Shown one piece after another: positions 25,050 to 36,575 of a stretch of 64,000 nt of DNA; the stretch's first letter is position 1; every line of letters starts with the position of its first letter. The stretch comes from Mobula hypostoma (lineage: Eukaryota). The notes beneath the pieces were generated by a model. The model worked only from the letters and a program-made list of their open reading frames with translations. It was not told the DNA's origin and did not search any database. A program made the translations under genes and the position numbers. The stretch covers positions 372,001 to 436,000 of the forward strand of contig NC_086098.1 in NCBI RefSeq assembly GCF_963921235.1, read 5' to 3'.

Positions 25050-26125
25050 CAGTTCTATAGAAATGAATACTAACATTATATTTGCTTTCCTCACTGCAGA
25101 CTCAACCTGCAAATTTACCTTGAAAGAATCCTCCACAAGAACTCCCAAGTCCCTTTGTGCCTCAGATTTTTGTATTTTCTCTCCGTTTAGAAAATAGTCA
25201 CCACTTTCAATTCTTCTACAAAGTGCACGACCATACACTTCCCGACATTGTATTCCATCTGCCATTTTTTGCACATTCTCCTAATCTATTTAAATCCTTC
25301 TGTAGCCTCTCTACTTCCTCAAAACTACCTGCCCCTCCACCTATCTTCATATCGGCTGCAAACTTTGCAACAAAGCCAATTCCACCGTACAAATTACCAA
25401 CATATAATGTAAAATAATTGGTCCCAACACAGGTGCGTATGGAACACTTCTGGCAGCCAACCAGAAAAGGCTGCCTTTACTCCCACTCTTTGCCTCCTAC
25501 CAATCGGCCACTGCTTTATGCATGCTAGAATCTTTCCAGTAATACCATGGGTTGTAGCTCGTTAAGCAGCCTCATGTGTAAGGCCTTGTCAAAGGCCTTA
25601 TGAAAATCCAAGAGCACAACATTAAAACAATTCTCCTTTGTCGATCCTGCTTGTTATTTCTTCAAAGAATTCCAACAGATTTGTCAAGCAAGATTTTTCC
25701 TTGAGGAAACCATGCAAATTTCAGCCTATTTTATCATGTGATATTTACAATTTTACAGTCTTTCAAAACCATTCTAGAATCTAGTGATTCTTGAAAGATC
25801 GTTACTAATGCCTCCACGATCTCTTCAGCCACCTCACTTAGAACTCTGGGATGTATGCCATCTGGTCCAGGTGACATCTAAGTTCAGAACTATCAGTTTC
25901 CCAAGAACCTTCTGTCTAGTTATGGTAAGTTCACACACTTTATACCCCTTGAGACCAGGAACTTCCACCATACTGCTTGTGTCTTCCACAGTGAAGAAAG
26001 ATGCAAAATACTTCTTCAGTTTGTCTAACTGTTTGATGTCCCCATTTCTATCTTTCCAGCATCATTTTCCAGCGATCTGATATCCACTCTTGACTCCCTT
26101 TTACACTTTATATATCTGAAGAAAG
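25050..26125 (-). mobile_element. CR1 ORF2 fragment, decayed
   Basis: CR1 RT and tether motifs on the minus strand with many stops. Confidence 0.8.
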
Positions 26126-27790
26126 AGGTGACATAGTGTCAGATGGTGTTGAATCATTGTGCATAGAGCTAAGAAACTGCATGAGAAAAAAGACACATGG
26201 GATTTGTACACACAGACCCCCAAACAGTATTAAGGATGTGAACTACAAATTACAACAGGAAATAGAAAATACATGCCAAAAGGGCAATGTTATAATACAC
26301 ATGAGGGATTTCAATATGCAGGTAGATTGGGAAAATCAGGTTGGTGCCGGATTCTTGGCGAGGGGGGGCGTTATTTCTAGAGTGCCTACGAGATGATTTT
26401 TTAAAGTAGTTTGTGGTTGAGCCCACTAGGGGATCAGCTGTACTGGATTGGATGTTGTGCAATTAACCAGAATTGATTAGAGAGTTGATTATTAAGGATG
26501 AGGTCTCAGGGTACTTGGAGGCACATGATAAAATAGATTGTAGTTAGCATGGTTTCCTCAAGGGAAAATCTTGTCTGACAAATCTGTTGGAATGCTTTGA
26601 AAGAATAACAAGCAAGATAGTCAAAAGGTAATCGATTGATATTGTGTACTTGGATTTTCAGACGGCCTTTGACAAGGTGCTGCACGTGAGGCTGATTAAC
26701 AAGCTATGAGCCCATGGTATTACAGGAAAGAATCTAGCATGGATAAAACAATGCTGATTAGCAGGAGGCAAAGAGTGGGAATGAAGGGAGCCTTTTCTGG
26801 CTGGCTGCCGGTAACTAGTGGTGGTCTACAGGAGGCTGTGTTGGGAACAAATCTTTTTACGTTAAATGTCAATGATTTGAACTGATGGGTTTGTTGCAAA
26901 GTTTACAGATGATATGAAGATAAGTGGAAGGGCAGGTAGTTTTGTGGAAGTAGAGCGGCTACAGATTAGAAGAATGGGCAAGGAAATGGCAGATGGAATG
27001 AAGTGTATGGTCATACACTTTGGTAGAAGAAATGAAAGGGTTAACTAGTTTCTAAATGGAGAGAAAATACAAAAAAGTGGAGTGCAAGGGCACTTGGGAG
27101 CCCTTGTGCAGGATTCCCTGAAGGTTAATTTGCTGGTTAAGTCTATGGTGAAGAAGGTAAATGCAATATTAAGATGCAATTCTATAGAACTAGAATATAA
27201 AAGCAATGATGTGTTGTTGAGACTTTTTAAAGCATTGGTGAGGCTTCACTTTCAGAATTGTGAATACTTTTGAGCTCCTTATCTTAGAAAGGATGTGCTG
27301 AAACTGGATATGGTTCAAAGAAGGTTCCGGAAAATGATACTAGTATTTTGCATGGCTTGTCATATGAAGAGCGTTTGATGGCTCTGGGCCTGTATTCACT
27401 GGAATTCAGAAGAATGAGGGATGATCTCATTAAAAACTATTGAATGATGAAAGGCTTTGACATAGTGGATTTGGAGAGGACATTTTTGATGCCAGAGTCT
27501 ACGATCAAAGAACACAGCCTCAGAATAGATGGTGTCCTTTTGGAATGGAGATGTGGAGTAATTTCTTGAGCCAGAGAGTGGTGAATCTGTGTAATTCTTC
27601 GCCACAGGAAGCTGTGGAGGCCAAGTCTTTATGTATACTTAAGGCAGAGGTTGGTAGGTTCTTGATTGGGCAGGGCATGAAGTGATACGTGGAGAAAGTA
27701 GGTGATTAGGGCTGAGGAAAATCAGAGCAGCCATGATGAAATGGCAGACCAGACTCGATGGCCTAATTCTGCTCCAATATCTTATGGTTT
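26125..27790 (+). mobile_element. CR1 ORF2, decayed, with an internal deletion
   Basis: EN motif RDFNMQVDWENQ, RT remnants and 3' tail cttatggt. Confidence 0.85.
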
Positions 27791-28394
27791 TTTTAATGAT
27801 GCTATTTTATGTATTTATATTTATTGTGTTTTTTATTATTATTTTTCTTATCATATTGTATTTTTTTTGGGCTGCATCAGATCCAGAGAAACAATTATTT
27901 TGTTCACCTTTGTAGTTATATACTGGAAATGACATTAAACAATCTAGAATCTTGGATCTTGAACCCTCTCTCTCTCTCAAACCTTTTCCAACCCAAGTTG
28001 ATAACCTCGATTTAAAAGTGATAGCTGTTCAAATAACATCTTTCTCCCTATTACCATTGGGTAGGAGGTACAGGAGCATTTATTACCCTACTCCTGAAGT
28101 AGTTATTGGGCTCTGGAACTGGTGTGGATAACTTCACTCACCTCAACACTGAACTGACTCCATAACCTACTGACTTACGTACTTCATAGGACTGTATACC
28201 TCAGTATTATTTCTTTATCTTTTAAGATATTTTCATGAATTGTATTTTTTGCACATTGCCTCTTTGTCAGTGTTATGAATTGCACTGTATGCCTTTATTG
28301 TAATTGCCTGCAAATAAATGAATCTCATGGTATTATAGTGACATATTGATAATAAATTTATTTAAACATTAAATAGTCAATAGGATCAACTAAT

Positions 28395-28990
28395 TTGAAG
28401 GCAGAATACAGGGTTAATGGCAGGATTCTTAGCAGTATGGAGGAACAGATCAAAATCCATAGACCTCTCATAATTGCAAAGGAAGTTAATAGGTTTGTTA
28501 AGAAGGTGTAGAGTGTGTTAGCCTTCGTTAGTCATGGATCGAGTTTAAGAGCCCCAAGGTAATGTTCCACCTCTAAACAGCCCCAGTAAGACCACAGTTG
28601 CACTCAGTTCTGGTCACTTCATTATACGAAGGATGTGGAAGCTTTAGACAGAGGAGATTTACCAGGAGGATGCCTGGATTAGAGAGCATATCTTATGAGA
28701 AAAAGTTGAGTGAGATAGGGCATTTCTCTTTGCGAATACAAGGGGTCATAATTTTAAGGTGATTGGAGGAATGTCAAGTAGGTAAGTCGGAGGTATTTTG
28801 TTTTACACAGAGAGTGGTGGGTGTGTGGAACATCCTGCCATGAGTGGTAATAGAGACAGATACATCAGGGACATTTTCAAAACTCTGAGATAGACACATG
28901 GATTTCTATGTAGGAGGGATGGGATAGATTGATCTTTGAGTAGGTTAAAAAGGTGAATGAAACACCATGGGCCAAAGGGGCTGTATTGTG
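28395..28990 (+). mobile_element. CR1 3' region, heavily decayed
   Basis: Similar to the 3' part of 49930-50650. Confidence 0.7.
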
Positions 28991-30039
28991 CTTAAGAATT
29001 AATTAATCAAGCAAGCAGTGTAGACTGGAGCCCTGAAAGAACGAAGAACAAACTTCCCAACCCTAAACCCCTTTAAAATGAATATTAATGGGAAGAAGCA
29101 CCTGTTACACAAATCCAGTGCATGGCTGTTCCATCTACCTAACACAACATGGAGACCTGAAAAATACTAAGAAGGTGACTGATCCCCACCCTAAATCCCC
29201 TTAAATTGTTTTAATTAGAAGAGTCAGCACCTACTGGAAGACTGTCCAATGCAGCAAATCCACTGGCCAATAGAGGAATGCTGAAAAACTACCCCGTCAA
29301 TGGATACTTTAAAGTTTGCAGGTCTATTCTGAGCAACAAGGATGGAAATCTGGGGAGAAAGAAGAGTGCCGTTTCATAGCCCTAAACCCCCACCACCCAT
29401 CACTAGTGAAATTAATGAAAAGCTCCAGTAGTGATTTACACACCACACTCCCCAAAAAATTATTTACAACCAAAGTGGGAAACTAATCTCATGGGAAAAT
29501 AGAAATGAAATCCATACCTCTCCGAAACACCAGTTTAATTTGCTTCCCAGATGTACATTAGTGCAGTCCTTGGTAGATCAAGCCTTCTAACTTTGTAGCC
29601 CATTCAAGCAAGTAATGTTACTTTGTTAGCTCACTGCCTCACGTATTAAACTTTTCCAATATTATTTACAGCTATGGTTCGGTTTTATCTTGGAATAAGA
29701 TTTGTAAGGAAGTATGACCTACTGCATTTAGTGAAGGTCACTGGACCAGATGTTAAGTAATTCTAGGCTTGTTCCTTTACATCTGCAAAATAAAATCTAA
29801 GAAATATCACCATACTTCCCCCCGGCCCCAGCACCTTTCAAATCAGTTTGTAATTTGCAGCTTAAATTTACAAAGTAATCTTTCAGAAATTTTAGTACAC
29901 AACTTATCTGTACCAGAAGTGCTTCTGAACCCAACCACAACATGCTTTAGGAAGTGTCGGATCTAGGCTTAAAAAAGGCCACAAGTCTTGCAAACGATCC
30001 AAGAAATTCAGTCATATGACAGCTCCAGTCGCAAACTCA

Positions 30040-32280
30040 ATCATGGACAAGGATAGATCTGGTCCTAGGGTTGAGGTTCTGAATGGGAAGAAGGCCAAAT
30101 ATGAAGAAATGAGAAGGGATCTAAAAAACGTGGATTGGGACAGGTTGTTCTCTGGCAAAGATGTGATCGGTAGGTGGGAAGCCTTCAAAGGAGAAATTTT
30201 GAGAGTGCAGAGTTTGTATGTTCCTGTCAGGATTAAAGGCAAAGTGAATAGGAATAAGGAACCTTGGTTCTCAAGAGATATTGCAATTCTGATTTTAAAA
30301 AAAAAGAAGAGGGAATTGTATGACATGTATAGGAAGCAGGGAGTAAATAAGGTGCTTGAGGAGTATAAGAAGTGCAAGAAAATACTCAAGAAAGAAATCA
30401 GGAGGGCTAAAAGAAGATATGAGGTTGCCTTGACTGTCAAAGTGAAGGATAATCCAAAGAGCTTTTACAGGTATATTAAGAGCAAAAGGATTGTAAGGGA
30501 TAAAATTTGTCCTCTTGAAGATCAGAGTGGTCGGCTTTGTGCAGAACCAAAAGAAATGGGGGAGATCTTAAATAGGTTTTTTGCGTCTGTATTTACTAAG
30601 GAAACTGGCATGAAGTCTATGGAATTAAGGGAAACAAGTAGTGAGATCGTGGAAACTGTACAGATTGAAAAGGAGGAGGTCCTTGCTGTCTTGAGGAAAA
30701 TTAAAGTGGATAAATCCCTGGGACCTGACAGGGTGTTCCCTTGGACCATGAAGGGCACTAGTGTTGAAATTGCAGGGGCCCTGGCAGAAATATTTAAAAT
30801 GTCGCTGTCTACAGGTGAGGTGCCGGAGGATTGGAGAGTGGCTCATGTTGTTCCGCTGTTTTAAAAAAAGATCGAAAAGTAATCCGGGAAATTATAGGCC
30901 AGTAAGTTTAACGTCGGTAGTAGGTAAGTTATTGGAGGGAGTACTAAGAAACAGAATCTATAAGCATTTGGATAGACAGGGACTTATTAGGGAGAGTCAA
31001 CATGGCTTTGTGCGTGGTAGGTCATGTTTGACCAATCTATTGGAGTTTTTCGAGGAGGTTACTAGGAAAGTGGATGAAGGGAAGGCAGTGGATATTGTAT
31101 AAATGGACTTCAGTAAGGCCTTTGACAAGGTCCCGCATGGGAGGTTAGTTAGGAAAATTCAGTCGCTTGGTATACATGTAGAGGTGGTAAATTGGATTAG
31201 ACATTGGCTCAATGGAAGAAGTCAAAGAGTGGTAGTAGAAAATTGCTTCTCCGAGTGGAGGCCTGTGACTAGTGGTGTGCCACAGGGATCAGTGCTGGGT
31301 CCATTGTTATTTGTCATCTATATCAATGATCTGGATGATAATGTGGTAAATTGGATCAGCAAATTTGCTGATGATACAAAGATTGGAGGTGCAGTAGACA
31401 GTGAGGAAGGTTTTTAGAGCCTGCAGAGGGACTTGGACCAGCTGGAAAAATGGGCTGAAAAATGGCAGATGGAGTTTAATACAGACAAGTGTGAGGTATT
31501 GCACGTTGGAAGGACAAACCAATGTAGAACATACAAGGTTAATGGTAAGGCACTGACGAGTGCAGTGGAACAGAGGGATCTGGGAATACAGATACAAAAT
31601 TCCCGAAAAGTGGCGTCACAGGTAGATAGGGTCATAAAGAGAGCTTTTGGTACATTGGCCTTTATTAATCAAAGTATTGAGTATAAGAGCTGGAATGTTA
31701 TGATGAGGTTGTATAAGGCATTGGTGAGGCCGAATCTGGTGTATTGTGTTCAGTTTTGGTCACCAAATTACAGGAAGGATATAAATAAAGTTGAAAGAGT
31801 GCAGAGAAGGTTTACAAGGATGTTGCCAGGACTTGAGAAACTCAGTTACAGAGAAAGGTTGAATAGGTTAGGACTTTATTCCCTGGAGCATAGAAGAATG
31901 AGGGGAGATTTGATAGAGGTATATAAAATTATGATGGGTATAGATAGAGTGAATGCAAGCAGGCTTTTTCCACTGAGGCAAGGGGAGAAAAAAACCAGAG
32001 GACATGGGTTAAGGGTGAGGGGGGAAAAGTTTAAAGGGAACATTAGAAGGGGGCTTCTTCACACAGAGTGTGGTGGGAGTATGGAATGAGCTGCCAGATG
32101 AGGTGGTAAATGCGGGTTCTTTTTTAACATTTAAGAATAAGTTGGACAGATACATGGATGGGAGGTGTATGGAGGGATATGGTCCGTGTGCAGGTCAGTG
32201 GGACTAGGCAGAAAATGGTTCGGCACAGCCAAGAAGGGCCAAAAGGCCTGTTTCTGTGCTGTAGTTTCTATGGTTTCTAT
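30040..32280 (+). mobile_element. CR1 ORF2 (tether, RT, 3' UTR) with few lesions
   Basis: ORFs 30016-30864, 30761-31102, 31103-31417, 31433-32089; tttctatggtttctat tail. Confidence 0.95.
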
Positions 32281-34952
32281 AATTAAACCAATTTCTCCCT
32301 CCTTGCTTAGAATAATCTCTTAGATCATGAGACATGATGGGAACTGGCCGGGGGATGGGATCCGGAATGATAGAGCAGAGGAAGGGGAAAACAGAAATAA
32401 ATCTAAGATAGTGAGCAGTAAAGATGTCAGGAAAAACAGGCAGGTGATGGGGCAAATTTGTAGCCATTGGGATGAGTTGCAGTGCAGTAAAGTTGCAGTG
32501 AAATCAAAGCGAAAAGTACCAAATACTGGTCTTAAGGTGTTGTACTTAAAAGAATGCATGTCTCTGGGAGCTGAACGTCCAAGAATACACGGTGTATCGG
32601 AAGGATAGTAAGGCAGGCAGAGGGGGAAGCGTGGCTTTATTGGTAAGAAATGATATTAACTCATTAGAAAGAGGTGATATAGGATCGGAAGGTGCAGAAG
32701 CTTTATGGCTTGAGCTAAGAAATCACAGGGGTAAAAGGACGCTGATGGCAATTATTTATAGGCCTCCAAACAGCTGCAGTGATGTGGGCTACAAATTACA
32801 ACAGGAAATAGAAAAGGCTTGTCAGAAGGGCAGTGTCATAATAATTGTGGGGGATTTTAACATGCGAGTGGATTGGGAAATTTAGGTCGGCACTGGATCT
32901 CAAGAGAATTTGTAGAATGTCTGTGAGTTGGCTTTTTAGAATAGCTTGCTGTTGAGCCCACTAGGACATCGGCTGTACTGGATTGGGTATTGTGTAATGA
33001 ACCGGAGGTGATTAGAGAGATTGAGGTGAAGGAACCCTTAGGAGACAGTGATCATGACATGATTGAGTTCACTGTGAAATTTGAAAAAGAGAAGCCGAAA
33101 TCTGATGTGTCAGTATTTCAGTGGAGTAAAGGAAATTACAGTGGCATGAGAGAGGAACTGGCCAAAGTTAACTGGAAAGGGCCACTGGCAGGAAAGACAG
33201 CAAAGCAGCAGTGACTGGAGTTTATGCAAGAAATGAGGAAGGTGCAAGACAGGTATATTCCCAAAAAGAAGAAATTTTCGAATGGAAAAAGGATGCAACC
33301 GTGGTTGACAAGAGAAGTCAAAGCCAAAGTTAAAGCAAAGGAGAGGGCATACAAGGAAGCAAAAATTAGTGGGAAGACAGAGGATTGGGAAGTTTTAAAA
33401 GCTTACAAAAGGGAACTAAAAAGGTCATTAAGAGGGAAAAGATGAACTATGAAAAGAAGCTAGCAAATAATATCAGAGGATACTAAAAGCTTTTTCAAGT
33501 ATATAAAGAGTAAAAGACAGGTGAGAGTAGATATAGGACCAATAGAAAATGATGCTGGAGAAATTGTAATGGGAGATAAGGAGATGGCGGAGGAACTGAA
33601 CGAGTATTTTGCATCAGTCTTCACTGAAGAAGACATCAGCAGTATACCGGACACTCAAGGGTGGCAGGGAAGAGAAGTGTGCACAGTCACAATTACGACA
33701 GAGAAAGTACTCAGGAAGCTGAATAGTCTAAAGTTAGATAAATCTTCCGGACCAGATGGAATGCACCCTTGTGTTCTGAAGGAAGTAGCTGTGGAGATTG
33801 CGGACGCATTAGCGATGATCTTTAGATTCTGACATGGTTCCGGAGGACTGGAAGATTGCAAATGTCACTCCGCTATTTAAGAAGGGGGCAAGGAAGCAAA
33901 AAGGAAATTATAGACCTGTTAGCTTGACATCAGTGGTTGGGAAGTTGTTGGAGTCGATTGAAAAGGATGAGGTTACAGAATACCTGGAGGCATATGACAA
34001 GATAGGCAGAACTCAGCATGGTTTCCTTAAAGGAAAATCCTGCCTGACAAACCTATTACAATTTTTTGAGGAAATTACAAGTCGGCTAGGGAAGGGAGAT
34101 GCAGTGGATGTTGTATATTTGGATTTTCAGAAGGCCTTTGACAAGGTGCCACACATGAGGCTACTTAACAAGATAGATACTTAACGTGGATAGAGTGTTG
34201 GCTGATTGGCAGGAAACAGAGAGTGGGAATAAAGGGATCCTATTCTGGTTGGCTGCCGGTTACCAGTGGTGTTCCACAGGGGTCCGTGTTGGGGCCGCCT
34301 CTTCTTACATTGTACATCAACGATTTGGATTATGGAATAGATGGCTTTGTGGCTAAGTTTGCTGACGATACGAAGATAGGTGGAGAGGCCGGTAGTGCTG
34401 AGGAAATGGAGAGTCTGCAGAGAGACTTGGATAGATTGGAAAAATGGGCAAAGAAGTGGTAAATGAAATACAATGTTGGAAAGTATATGGTTATGCACTT
34501 TGGCAGAAGAGATAAACGTGCAGACTATTATTTAAATGGGGAGAGAATTCAAAGTTCTGAGATGCAATGGAACTTGGGAGTCCTCGTACAGGATACCCTT
34601 AAGGTTAACCTCCAGGCTGAGTCGGTGGTGAAGAAGGCGAATGCAAGGTTGGCATTCATTTCTAGAGGAATAGAGTATAGGAGCAGGGATGTGATGTTGA
34701 GGCTCTATAAGGCACTGGTGAGACCTCACTTGGAGTACTGTGGGCAGTTTTGGTCTCCTTATTTAAAAAAGGATGTGCTGACATTGGAGAGGGTAGGAGA
34801 CTTCCGGTAGCGCTCATGGAGTGAAGTCGCGTTCTTGACTCGCTCCATTACCTCTGAGTTTTTTTTTCTCTATGGTCAGCTATACTTTAATTAACCATTA
34901 AGGCATCAATTTTTACAATACTTTGAATTAAACTGAATTCTCTGACAATTGG

Positions 34953-35852
34953 ATGATACTTAGATCTGCTATGTCTAAGAACGGGAAAAACGGCAAGGAT
35001 GGTAAACCTCCGGTTAAACCGAAAGCTACGGATCTCCCCCCGACTGAATCACCGGTGACTTTGAAAGCGATATCGGAGTTAATTCAGAGGGAAATTTCAA
35101 CCTCTGTTAGGGAGATGATTCATACGGAAATTGCAGGCTCTGTTAAAGACCTGATTCATACGGAAATCTCAACCAATTTCCAGAAAATTGCCGATTTAAT
35201 TGATAAGATGCAAACATGTATTGCGGAACATCAGTCGGCTATATCTGATCTTCAAAAATTCGCGCAACAAAGTGAGCTTAAGATGGGGAAAATCGAAGAA
35301 ACAATTAATGTAATGAAGAAGAAACTTGACTTTTTGACTTTTAAAAACTCTGACTTGGAATCTAGAATGCGACGGCAGAATTTACGAATGATTGGCGTGA
35401 GGGAAGCTGTTGAAGCCAACAACCCCATGAAATATTTCTCTCAACTTTTAAAAGATGCATTCCCTACTGTATTTCCTGACCAACCACCGCTACTGGATCG
35501 TGTTCACAGAATCCCATCATACTCGTCTAGGTCAGATAGACCTAGGCATGTTATTTTACGTTTTCATTATTTTCAAGACAATGAGAGACTGTTTCGATTC
35601 GCTAGATCTAAAGGTTTCATTGATTTTTCGGATCTTAAGTTCCGATTCGTGGAAGATTTCAGTAAACCAATCTGGGACCAACGGGTCCGTTACAGATCCG
35701 TGATGTCGGAATTCTATAAGATGGATTTAAGACCAGCGCTGCTGTACCCTGCACGTCTAAGGATTCGCATGTTAGATGGAGCCCTTCGTTTTTTTGATTC
35801 TCCATCGGATGCCCAGAGTTATCTGGATCAACTTTCATCTTCGACATCTTAA
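34953..35852 (+). CDS. L1 ORF1p (coiled coil, RRM, CTD), 299 aa
   Basis: Heptad-rich N-half, then DLESRMRRQNLRMIGVRE, DRVHR, PRHVILRF, LYPARLRI, typical of L1 ORF1p. Confidence 0.92.
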   Translation: MILRSAMSKNGKNGKDGKPPVKPKATDLPPTESPVTLKAISELIQREISTSVREMIHTEIAGSVKDLIHTEISTNFQKIADLIDKMQTCIAEHQSAISDLQKFAQQSELKMGKIEETINVMKKKLDFLTFKNSDLESRMRRQNLRMIGVREAVEANNPMKYFSQLLKDAFPTVFPDQPPLLDRVHRIPSYSSRSDRPRHVILRFHYFQDNERLFRFARSKGFIDFSDLKFRFVEDFSKPIWDQRVRYRSVMSEFYKMDLRPALLYPARLRIRMLDGALRFFDSPSDAQSYLDQLSSSTS

Positions 35853-36575
35853 TTGCCTTTTTTTAATTATCTCCGTTGATTGGAGGCTGTGAATTGGTTG
35901 GTTTTAACTTTTCTGTGCCCTATTTGGGCAGAAAAGTTTACTTTTGATTTCTTAATATGGCTGCTAAACTTTTTTTTTAACTGCGTCATTTCTTTCTTTT
36001 CCCCAGGGGATTCTGGGTGGTTACTTCCCTTTTGTCATCTTACGTATTTCCTGTGCGGCCTTAAATTTTGTAGTTTTTTTTTAAATTTTATTCTGTTTTG
36101 CTTTTTATAATCACTTTATGTTAATAATCCTATTTTTTTTGTTGCTGTGTCTATTCATGAGTTTGAGGTTTATTGTGGTTTTTTTTTAATATATATTTTC
36201 CGGCTTTTGTTCTGTTCTGTGTGTGTTTTAATTGAGCTAACTTTTTTTAACTTATTTTTTTACTGTTTTACAATTAGCTGATCCTTTTCATATTTATACC
36301 TTTTTTTTTAGGGAGCGTATACCGGAAGTCATGGGGGTAGTTTTAGCGCTTGCTTCTTTCTGGCGGGTCTGCTTTAGATTTTGCCTTGGGGTCTTGGGGT
36401 GGGGGGTGGTGGGAGGGGCTTCACGTTTTAGTTTGTTTCTCTTTGGGCTATATACATTATTGAAGTACTGGTTGCGTCCTTTTCCCCGGTATCTGTTGTA
36501 TGTTCTGTTTCCTCTCCGGGTTTGTGGGTCGCGCCTATTGTCAATCCTCCTTGTTGTGGGTTGACTTTAGGATTT

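Larger units (their letters stand above)
16474..25050 (-). mobile_element. CR1/L2-group LINE (EN+RT) split into 23513-25050 and 16474-18111 by a 5.4-kb nested stack
   Basis: Reading frame LAKLFQYSYNTG (about 23545-23515) continues as LTM*KTA (18111 downward); GVPQGSVLG and MFAYDCT in ORF 17155-17484; APE N-terminus KVLLTNIWGL near 24820. Confidence 0.85.

Noticed and set aside
29480..29800. Minus-strand exon with ttttgcag acceptor and gtatgg donor
   Set aside because: All three frames contain stops.
36522..36575. Upstream extension of ORF2 given in the ORF track
   Set aside because: It starts at a non-ATG codon; the ATG at 36576 directly precedes the conserved SWNxNGL start of the APE domain.
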